Assembly (NCBI GenBank): GCA_964016885.1 | Contig: OZ024742.1 | Span: 372,186,001 to 372,250,000, forward strand | DNA length: 64,000 bases | Source of the DNA: Eledone cirrhosa | Taxonomy: Eukaryota | Direction of reading: 5' to 3' | Part shown: piece by piece, positions 51,101-64,000 of the stretch | Layout of the letters: each line of letters starts with the position of its first letter | How positions within the stretch are numbered: position 1 is the stretch's first letter | Program-made: the position numbers and the translations under genes | The notes under the pieces: model-generated | Told to the model about the DNA's origin: nothing | The model's database searches: none | The model's input: the letters and a program-made list of their open reading frames with translations, nothing else

Positions 51101-54100
51101 TATATATACACTAGAAATACAGTAATATATACACTAGGAATACAGTAATATATACACTAGAAATACAGTAATATATATACACTAGAAATACAGTAATATA
51201 TGTACACTAGGAATACAGTAATATATATACACTAGGAATACGGTAATATATATACACTAGGAATACAGTAATATATATACACTAGAAATACAGTAATATA
51301 TATACACGAGAAATACAGTAATATATATACACTAGAAATACAGTAATATATATACACTAGGAATACAGTAATATATATACACTAGGAATACACTAATATA
51401 TATACACTAGAAATACAGTAATATATATACACGAGAAATACAGTAATATGTATACACTAGAAATACAGTAATATATATACACTAGAAATACAGTAATATA
51501 TATACACATAAATACAGTAATATACATACAGTAGAAATACAGTAATATATATACACTAGAAATACAGTAATATATATACACTAGAAATACAGTAATATAT
51601 ATACACTAGAAATACAGTAATATATATACACTAGAAATACAGTAATATATATACACTAGAGATACAGTAATATATACACTAGGAATACAGTAATATATAT
51701 ACACTAGAAATACAGTAATATATAGACTAAGAATACAGTAATATATATACACTAGAAATACAATAATATATATACACTAGAAATACAGTAATATATATAC
51801 ACTAGAAATACAGTAATATATATACACTAGAAATACAGTAATATATATACACGAGAAATACAGTAATATATATACACTAGGAATACAGTAATATATATAC
51901 ACAAGAAATACAGTAATATATACACTAGAAATACTGTAATATATAGACTAGGAATACAGTAATATATACACTAGAAATACAGTAATATATATACAGTAGA
52001 AATACAGTAATATATATACACTAGAAATACAGTAATATATATACACTAGAAATACGGTAATATATATACACTAGAAATACAGATATATATATACACTTGG
52101 AATACAGTCACATATATACACTAGGAACACAGTAATATATATACACTAGGAATACAGTAAGAGATATACACTAGAAATACAGTAATGTATATATACTAGG
52201 AATACAGTAATATATATACACTAGGAATACAGTAATATATATACACTAGAAATACAGTAATATATATACTAGGAATACAGTAATATATATACACTAGAAA
52301 TAAAATAATATATATACACTAGAAATACAGTAATATATATACACTAAAAATACAGTATTATATAGACTAAGAATACAGTAATATATATATACTAGGAATA
52401 CAGTAATATATATACACTAGAAATACAGTAATATATATACATTAGAAATACAGATATATATACACTAGAAATACAGTAATATATATACACTAGAAATACA
52501 GTAATATATATACACTAGGAATACAGTAATATATACACTAGAAATACAGTAATATATATACACTAGAAATACAGTAATATATACACTAGGAATACAGTAA
52601 TATATATACACTAGAAATACAGTAATGTATATACACTAGGAATACAGTAATATATATAAACTAGAAATGCAGTAATATATACACTTGGAATACAGTAATA
52701 TATATACACTAGAAATACAGTAATACATATACACTAGAAATACAGTAATATATATACATGAGAAATACAGTAATATATACACTAAAAATACAGTAATATA
52801 TATATACTAGAAATACAGCAATATATATACACTAGAAATACAGTAATATATATACACTAGAAATACAGTAATATATATACACTGGAAATACAGTAATATA
52901 TATACACTAGAAATACAGTAATATATATACACTAGAAATACAGTAATATATATACACTAGGAATACAGTAATATTTATACACTAGAAATACAGTAATATA
53001 TATACACTAGAGATACAGTAATATATACAGTAGGAATACAGTAATATATATATACTAGAAATACAGTAATATATATACAGTAGAAATACAGTAATATATA
53101 TACACTAGAAATACAGTAATATATATACACTAGGAATACAGTAATATATATACACTAGGAATACAGTAATATATATACACAAGAAATACAGTAATATATA
53201 CACTAGAAATACAGTAATATATAGACTAGGAATACATTAATATATACACTAGAAATACAGTAATATATATACAGTAGAAATACAGTAATATATATACACT
53301 AGAAATACAGTAATATATATACACTAGAAATACAGTAATATATATACACTAGAAATACAGTAATATATATACACTAGAAATACAGTAATATATATACACT
53401 AGAAATACAGTAATATATATACACTAGGAATACAGTAATATATATACACTAGAAATACAGTAATATATATACACTAGGAATACAGTAATATATATACACT
53501 AGAAATACAGTAATATATATACACTAGAAATACAGTAATATATATACACTAGAAATACAGTAATATATATACACTAGAAATACAGTAATATATATACACT
53601 AGAGATACAGTAATATATATACACTAGAGATACAGTAATATATACACTAGAAATACAGATATATATACACTAGAAATACAGTAATATATATATACACTAG
53701 AAATACAGATATATACACTAGGAATACAGTAATATATATACACTAGAAATACAGTAATATATATACACTAGAAATACAGTAATATATATACACTAGAAAT
53801 ACAGTAATATATATACACTAGGAATACAGTAATATATACACTAGAAATACAGTAATATATATACACTAGAAATACAGTAATATATACACTAGGAATACAG
53901 TAATATATATACACTAGAAATACAGTAATGTATATACACTAGGAATACAGTAATATATATAAACTAGAAATGCAGTAATATATACACTTGGAATACAGTA
54001 ATATATATACACTAGAAATACAGTAATACATATACACTAGAAATACAGTAATATATATACATGAGAAATACAGTAATATATACACTAAAAATACAGTAAT

Positions 54101-57100
54101 ATATATATACTAGAAATACAGCAATATATATACACTAGAAATACAGTAATATATATACACTAGAAATACAGTAATATATATACACTGGAAATACAGTAAT
54201 ATATATACACTAGAAATACAGTAATATATATACACTAGAAATACAGTAATATATATACACTAGGAATACAGTAATATATATACACTAGAAATACAGTAAT
54301 ATATATACACTAGAGATACAGTAATATATACAGTAGGAATACAGTAATATATATATACTAGAAATACAGTAATATATATACAGTAGAAATACAGTAATAT
54401 ATATACACTAGAAATACAGTAATATATATACACTAGGAATACAGTAATATATATACACCAGGAATACAGTAATATATATACACAAGAAATACAGTAATAT
54501 ATACACTAGAAATACAGTAATATATAGACTAGGTATACATTAATATATACACTAGAAATACAGTAATATATATACAGTAGAAATACAGTAATATATATAC
54601 ACTAGAAATACAGTAATATATATACACTAGAAATACAGTAATATATATACACTAGAAATACAGTAATATATATACACTAGAAATACAGTAATATATATAC
54701 ACTAGAAATACAGTAATATATATACACTAGGAATACAGTAATATATATACACTAGAAATACAGTAATATATATACACTAGGAATACAGTAATATATATAC
54801 ACTAGAAATACAGTAATATATATACACTAGAAATACAGTAATATATATACACTAGAAATACAGTAATATATATACACTAGAAATACAGTAATATATATAC
54901 ACTAGAGATACAGTAATATATATACACTAGAGATACAGTAATATATACACTAGAAATACAGATATATATACACTAGAAATACAGTAATATATATATATAC
55001 ACTAGAAATACAGATATATACACTAGGAATACAGTAATATATATACACTAGAAATACAGTAATATATATACACTAGAAATACAGTAATATATATACACTA
55101 GAAATACAGATATATATATACACTAGGAATACAGTAATATATATACACTAGGAATACAGTAATATATATACACTAGGAATACAGCAATATATATACACTA
55201 GAAATACAGTAATGTATATACACTAGAAATACAGTAATATATATATACTAGGAATACAGTAATATATATACACTAGGAATACAGTAATATATATACTAGG
55301 AATACAGTAATATATATACACTAGGAATACAGTAAAATATATACACTAGGAATACAGTAATATATATACACTAGAAATACAGTAATATATATACACTAGA
55401 AATACAGTAATATATACACTAGAAATACAGTAATATAATATATACACTAGAAATACAGTAATATATAGACTAAGAATACAGTAATATATATACACTAGAA
55501 ATACAGTAATATATACACTAGGAATACAGTAATATATACACTAGAAATACAGTAATATATATACACTAGAAATACAGTAATATATGTACACTAGGAATAC
55601 AGTAATATATATACACTAGGAATACGGTAATATATATACACTAGGAATACAGTAATATATATACACTAGAAATACAGTAATATATATACACGAGAAATAC
55701 AGTAATATATATACACTAGAAATACAGTAATATATATACACTAGGAATACAGTAATATATATACACTAGGAATACACTAATATATATACACTAGAAATAC
55801 AGTAATATATATACACGAGAAATACAGTAATATATATACACTAGAAATACAGTAATATATATACACTAGAAATACAGTAATATATATACACATAAATACA
55901 GTAATATACATACAGTAGAAATACAGTAATATATATACACTAGAAATACAGTAATATATATACACTAGAAATACAGTAATATATATACACTAGAAATACA
56001 GTAATATATATACACTAGAAATACAGTAATATATATACACTAGAGATACAGTAATATATACACTAGGAATACAGTAATATATATACACTAGAAATACAGT
56101 AATATATAGACTAAGAATACAGTAATATATATACACTAGAAATACAATAATATATATACACTAGAAATACAGTAATATTTATACACTAGAAATACAGTAA
56201 TATATATACACTAGAAATACAGTAATATATATACACGAGAAATACAGTAATATATATACACTAGGAATACAGTAATATATATACACAAGAAATACAGTAA
56301 TATATACACTAGAAATACTGTAATATATAGACTAGGAATACAGTAATATATACACTAGAAATACAGTAATATATATACAGTAGAAATACAGTAATATATA
56401 TACACTAGAAATACAGTAATATATATACACTAGAGATACAGTAATATATATACACTAGAGATACAGTAATATATACACTAGAAATACAGATATATATACA
56501 CTAGAAATACAGTAATATATATATACACTAGAAATACAGATATATACACTAGGAATACAGTAATATATATACACTAGAAATACAGTAATATATATACACT
56601 AGAAATACAGTAATATATATACACTAGAAATACAGTAATATATATACACTAGGAATACAGTAATATATACACTAGAAATACAGTAATATATATACACTAG
56701 AAATACAGTAATATATACACTAGGAATACAGTAATATATATACACTAGAAATACAGTAATGTATATACACTAGGAATACAGTAATATATATAAACTAGAA
56801 ATGCAGTAATATATACACTTGGAATACAGTAATATATATACACTAGAAATACAGTAATACATATACACTAGAAATACAGTAATATATATACATGAGAAAT
56901 ACAGTAATATATACACTAAAAATACAGTAATATATATATACTAGAAATACAGCAATATATATACACTAGAAATACAGTAATATATATACACTAGAAATAC
57001 AGTAATATATATACACTGGAAATACAGTAATATATATACACTAGAAATACAGTAATATATATACACTAGAAATACAGTAATATATATACACTAGGAATAC

Positions 57101-60100
57101 AGTAATATATATACACTAGAAATACAGTAATATATATACACTAGAGATACAGTAATATATACAGTAGGAATACAGTAATATATATATACTAGAAATACAG
57201 TAATATATATACAGTAGAAATACAGTAATATATATACACTAGAAATACAGTAATATATATACACTAGGAATACAGTAATATATATACACCAGGAATACAG
57301 TAATATATATACACAAGAAATACAGTAATATATACACTAGAAATACAGTAATATATAGACTAGGAATACATTAATATATACACTAGAAATACAGTAATAT
57401 ATATACAGTAGAAATACAGTAATATATATACACTAGAAATACAGTAATATATATACACTAGAAATACAGTAATATATATACACTAGAAATACAGTAATAT
57501 ATATACACTAGAAATACAGTAATATATATACACTAGAAATACAGTAATATATATACACTAGGAATACAGTAATATATATACACTAGAAATACAGTAATAT
57601 ATATACACTAGGAATACAGTAATATATATACACTAGAAATACAGTAATATATATACACTAGAAATACAGTAATATATATACACTAGAAATACAGTAATAT
57701 ATATACACTAGAAATACAGTAATATATATACACTAGAGATACAGTAATATATATACACTAGAGATACAGTAATATATACACTAGAAATACAGATATATAT
57801 ACACTAGAAATACAGTAATATATATATATACACTAGAAATACAGATATATACACTAGGAATACAGTAATATATATACACTAGAAATACAGTAATATATAT
57901 ACACTAGAAATACAGTAATATATATACACTAGAAATACAGATATATATATACACTAGGAATACAGTAATATATATACACTAGGAATACAGTAATATATAT
58001 ACACTAGGAATACAGCAATATATATACACTAGAAATACAGTAATGTATATACACTAGAAATACAGTAATATATATATACTAGGAATACAGTAATATATAT
58101 ACACTAGGAATACAGTAATATATATACTAGGAATACAGTAATATATATACACTAGGAATACAGTAAAATATATACACTAGGAATACAGTAATATATATAC
58201 ACTAGAAATACAGTAATATATATACACTAGAAATACAGTAATATATACACTAGAAATACAGTAATATAATATATACACTAGAAATACAGTAATATATAGA
58301 CTAAGAATACAGTAATATATATACACTAGAAATACAGTAATATATACACTAGGAATACAGTAATATATACACTAGAAATACAGTAATATATATACACTAG
58401 AAATACAGTAATATATGTACACTAGGAATACAGTAATATATATACACTAGGAATACGGTAATATATATACACTAGGAATACAGTAATATATATACACTAG
58501 AAATACAGTAATATATATACACGAGAAATACAGTAATATATATACACTAGAAATACAGTAATATATATACACTAGGAATACAGTAATATATATACACTAG
58601 GAATACACTAATATATATACACTAGAAATACAGTAATATATATACACGAGAAATACAGTAATATATATACACTAGAAATACAGTAATATATATACACTAG
58701 AAATACAGTAATATATATACACATAAATACAGTAATATACATACAGTAGAAATACAGTAATATATATACACTAGAAATACAGTAATATATATACACTAGA
58801 AATACAGTAATATATATACACTAGAAATACAGTAATATATATACACTAGAAATACAGTAATATATATACACTAGAGATACAGTAATATATACACTAGGAA
58901 TACAGTAATATATATACACTAGAAATACAGTAATATATAGACTAAGAATACAGTAATATATATACACTAGAAATACAATAATATATATACACTAGAAATA
59001 CAGTAATATTTATACACTAGAAATACAGTAATATATATACACTAGAAATACAGTAATATATATACACGAGAAATACAGTAATATATATACACTAGGAATA
59101 CAGTAATATATATACACAAGAAATACAGTAATATATACACTAGAAATACTGTAATATATAGACTAGGAATACAGTAATATATACACTAGAAATACAGTAA
59201 TATATATACAGTAGAAATACAGTAATATATATACACTAGAAATACAGTAATATATATACACTAGAAATACGGTAATATATATACACTAGAAATACAGATA
59301 TATATATACACTTGGAATACAGTCACATATATACACTAGGAACACAGTAATATATATACACTAGGAATACAGTAAGAGATATACACTAGAAATACAGTAA
59401 TGTATATATACTAGGAATACAGTAATATATATACACTAGGAATACAGTAATATATATACACTAGAAATACAGTAATATATATACTAGGAATACAGTAATA
59501 TATATACACTAGAAATAAAATAATATATATACACTAGAAATACAGTAATATATATACACTAAAAATACAGTATTATATAGACTAAGAATACAGTAATATA
59601 TATATACTAGGAATACAGTAATATATATACACTAGAAATACAGTAATATATATACATTAGAAATACAGATATATATACACTAGAAATACAGTAATATATA
59701 TACACTAGAAATACAGTAATATATATACACTAGGAATACAGTAATATATACACTAGAAATACAGTAATATATATACACTAGAAATACAGTAATATATACA
59801 CTAGGAATACAGTAATATATATACACTAGAAATACAGTAATGTATATACACTAGGAATACAGTAATATATATAAACTAGAAATGCAGTAATATATACACT
59901 TGGAATACAGTAATATATATACACTAGAAATACAGTAATACATATACACTAGAAATACAGTAATATATATACATGAGAAATACAGTAATATATACACTAA
60001 AAATACAGTAATATATATATACTAGAAATACAGCAATATATATACACTAGAAATACAGTAATATATATACACTAGAAATACAGTAATATATATACACTGG

Positions 60101-61000
60101 AAATACAGTAATATATATACACTAGAAATACAGTAATATATATACACTAGAAATACAGTAATATATATACACTAGGAATACAGTAATATTTATACACTAG
60201 AAATACAGTAATATATATACACTAGAGATACAGTAATATATACAGTAGGAATACAGTAATATATATATACTAGAAATACAGTAATATATATACAGTAGAA
60301 ATACAGTAATATATATACACTAGAAATACAGTAATATATATACACTAGGAATACAGTAATATATATACACTAGGAATACAGTAATATATATACACAAGAA
60401 ATACAGTAATATATACACTAGAAATACAGTAATATATAGACTAGGAATACATTAATATATACACTAGAAATACAGTAATATATATACAGTAGAAATACAG
60501 TAATATATATACACTAGAAATACAGTAATATATATACACTAGAAATACAGTAATATATATACACTAGAAATACAGTAATATATATACACTAGAAATACAG
60601 TAATATATATACACTAGAAATACAGTAATATATATACACTAGGAATACAGTAATATATATACACTAGAAATACAGTAATATATATACACTAGGAATACAG
60701 TAATATATATACACTAGAAATACAGTAATATATATACACTAGAAATACAGTAATATATATACACTAGAAATACAGTAATATATATACACTAGAAATACAG
60801 TAATATATATACACTAGAGATACAGTAATATATATACACTAGAGATACAGTAATATATACACTAGAAATACAGATATATATACACTAGAAATACAGTAAT
60901 ATATATATACACTAGAAATACAGATATATACACTAGGAATACAGTAATATATATACACTAGAAATACAGTAATATATATACACTAGAAATACAGTAATAT
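49430..61000 (+). repeat. Block 49.4-53.8 kb repeated at 56.6-61.0 kb, offset 7213-7215 bp
   Basis: CATGAG 49678/56891 and 52757/59972; ORF 51393/58608; AATATTTATAC about 52970/60185. Confidence 0.85.
53620..59250 (+). repeat. Higher-order tandem duplication, period 2831 bp
   Basis: Identical ORFs 55777/58608 and CATGAG 54060/56891 are both 2831 bp apart. Confidence 0.9.
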
Positions 61001-64000
61001 ATATACACTAGAAATACAGATATATATATACACTAGGAATACAGTAATATATATACACTAGGAATACAGTAATATATATACACTAGGAATACAGCAATAT
61101 ATATACACTAGAAATACAGTAATGTATATACACTAGAAATACAGTAATATATATATATACTAGGAATACAGTAATATATATACACTAGGAATACAGTAAT
61201 ATATATACTAGGAATACAGTAATATATATACACTAGGAATACAGTAAAATATATACACTAGGAATACAGTAATATATATACACTAGAAATACAGTAATAT
61301 ATATACACTAGAAATACAGTAATATATACACTAGAAATACAGTAATATAATATATACACTAGAAATACAGTAATATATAGACTAAGAATACAGTAATATA
61401 TATATACTAGGAATACAGTAATATATATACACTAGAAATACAGTAATATATATACATTAGAAATACAGATATATATACACTAGAAATACAGTAATATATA
61501 TACACTAGAAATACAGTAATATATATACACTAGGAATACAGTAATATATACACTAGAAATACAGTAATATATATACACTAGAAATACAGTAATATATACA
61601 CTAGGAATACAGTAATATATATACACTAGAAATACAGTAATGTATATACACTAGGAATACAGTAATATATATAAACTAGAAATGCAGTAATATATACACT
61701 TGGAATACAGTAATATATATACACTAGAAATACAGTAATACATATACACTAGGAATACAGTAATATATATACACTAGAAATACAGTAATATATATACACT
61801 AGGAATACAGTAATATATATACACTAGAAATACAGTAATATATATACACTAGAAATACAGTAATATATATACACTAGAAATACAGTAATATATATACACT
61901 AGAAATACAGTAATATATATACACTAGAGATACAGTAATATATATACACCCTAGATACAGTAATATATACACTAGAAATACAGTAATATATATACACTAG
62001 AAATACAGTAATATATAGACTAAGAATACAGTAATATATATACACTAGAAATACAATAATATATATACACTAGAAATACAGTAATATATATACACTAGAA
62101 ATACAGTAATATATATACACTAGAAATACAGTAATATATATACACGAGAAATACAGTAATATATATACACTAGGAATACAGTAATATATATACACAAGAA
62201 ATACAGTAATATATACACTAGAAATACTGTAATATATAGACTAGGAATACAGTAATATATACACTAGAAATACAGTAATATATATACAGTAGAAATACAG
62301 TAATATATATACACTAGAAATACAGTAATATATATACACTAGAAATACGGTAATATATATACACTAGAAATACAGATATATATATACACTTGGAATACAG
62401 TCACATATATACACTAGGAACACAGTAATATATATGCACTAGGAATACAGTAAGAGATATACACTAGAAATACAGTAATGTATATATACTAGGAATACAG
62501 TAATATATATACACTAGGAATACAGTAATATATATACACTAGAAATACAGTAATATATATACTAGGAATATAGTAATATATATACACTAGAAATAAAATA
62601 ATATATATACACTAGAAATACAGTAATATATATACATTAGAAATACAGATATATATACACTAGAAATACAGTAATATATATACACTAGAAATACAGTAAT
62701 ATATATACACTAGGAATACAGTAATATATACACTAGAAATACAGTAATATATATACACTAGAAATACAGTAATATATACACTAGGAATACAGTAATATAT
62801 ATACACTAGAAATACAGTAATGTATATACACTAGGAATACAGTAATATATATAAACTAGAAATGCAGTAATATATACACTTGGAATACAGTAATATATAT
62901 ACACTAGAAATACAGTAATACATATACACTAGAAATACAGTAATATATATACATGAGAAATACAGTAATATATACACTAAAAATACAGTAATATATATAT
63001 ACTAGAAATACAGCAATATATATACACTAGAAATACAGTAATATATATACACTAGAAATACAGTAATATATATACACTGGAAATACAGTAATATATATAC
63101 ACTAGAAATACAGTAATATATATACACTAGAAATACAGTAATATATATACACTAGGAATACAGTAATATATATACACTAGAAATACAGTAATATATATAC
63201 ACTAGAGATACAGTAATATATACAGTAGGAATACAGTAATATATATATACTAGAAATACAGTAATATATATACAGTAGAAATACAGTAATATATATACAC
63301 TAGAAATACAGTAATATATATACACTAGGAATACAGTAATATATATACACTAGGAATACAGTAATATATATACACAAGAAATACAGTAATATATACACTA
63401 GAAATACAGTAATATATAGACTAGGAATACATTAATATATACACTAGAAATACAGTAATATATATACAGTAGAAATACAGTAATATATATACACTAGAAA
63501 TACAGTAATATATATACACTAGAAATACAGTAATATATATACACTAGAAATACAGTAATATATATACACTAGAAATACAGTAATATATATACACTAGAAA
63601 TACAGTAATATATATACACTAGGAATACAGTAATATATATACACTAGAAATACAGTAATATATATACACTAGGAATACAGTAATATATATACACTAGAAA
63701 TACAGTAATATATATACACTAGAAATACAGTAATATATATACACTAGAAATACAGTAATATATATACACTAGAAATACAGTAATATATATACACTAGAGA
63801 TACAGTAATATATATACACTAGAAATACAGTAATATATATACACTAGGAATACAGTAATATATATACACTAGAGATACAGTAATATATACACTAGAAATA
63901 CAGATATATATACACTAGAAATACAGTAATATATATATACACTAGAAATACAGTAATATATATACACTAGGAATACAGTAATATATATACACTAGGAATA

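Larger units (their letters stand above)
1..64000 (+). repeat. Tandem satellite array, 25-bp consensus ACTAG[A/G]AATACAGTAATATATATAC with 23/27/29+ bp (TA)n length variants; runs off both window ends
   Basis: CTAG(A/G)AATACAGTAA(TA)nCA recurs every 23-27 bp from first to last base in one orientation. The A-type monomer has 13 A, 7 T, 3 C and 2 G. Confidence 0.99.

Noticed and set aside
144-58796. Eighteen minus-strand 62-80 aa ORFs rich in Y/I/V/C, several identical, superficially like a multicopy membrane peptide family
   Set aside because: They are the three frames of the monomer (YITVFLV, IYYCISS, ILLYF) joined where 23/25-bp phasing skips the TAG of CTAG. Those checked start at GTG from the repeat's CAC, and their identity simply reflects block duplication.
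1-64000. CRISPR array
   Set aside because: Repeat length is similar, but there are no unique spacers, leader or cas genes. The units abut directly.
1-64000. Long telomerase-type repeat like the 23-25 bp units of Candida or Kluyveromyces
   Set aside because: There is no G-rich strand. Kilobase-scale inheritance of variants indicates recombination or replication-based amplification rather than templated addition, and the array is very long.
1-64000. Helitron 3' end (CTAG followed by T on the minus strand) or other transposon termini
   Set aside because: Only a 4-5 bp match, with no subterminal GC-rich hairpin, terminal inverted repeats, target duplications or coding remnants.
1-64000. TATA-box promoters
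   Set aside because: TATATA is intrinsic to every monomer, and there is no downstream gene or other promoter context.
1-64000. A hidden unique insert or inverted segment
   Set aside because: On reading through, every line conformed to the monomer in the same orientation. The largest deviations are single aberrant monomers (about 9911 and 61946). A by-eye scan could miss very short anomalies.
1-64000. Pure sequencing or rolling-circle amplification artefact
   Set aside because: Hierarchical, regionally restricted shared variants with graded divergence are not expected from noise or a single circular template. Individual exact duplications could still be mis-assembled.

Overview
All 64,000 bases are one uninterrupted head-to-tail tandem satellite array (about 20-24% GC). 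The consensus monomer is 25 bp, ACTAG[A/G]AATACAGTAATATATATAC, giving roughly 2,600 copies. Common variants are 23 bp, and less often 27-33 bp, caused by (TA)n slippage, plus an A/G dimorphism after CTAG. I saw no unique sequence, inversion, transposon insertion, credible gene, RNA gene or CRISPR array. The listed ORFs are translation artefacts, useful only as markers of duplicated blocks. The real information lies in the order of variant monomers. It shows nested higher-order duplications (periods about 179, 590, 1300, 1464, 1800, 2500-2630, 2831, 3200, 3420, 4846, 5900 and 7215 bp) and at least three regional sub-families. This fits eukaryotic heterochromatic satellite DNA, but the organism and function cannot be determined from the window. 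I found no support for a new protein-coding system. Block boundaries were read by eye and are approximate, while offsets come from diagnostic variants.
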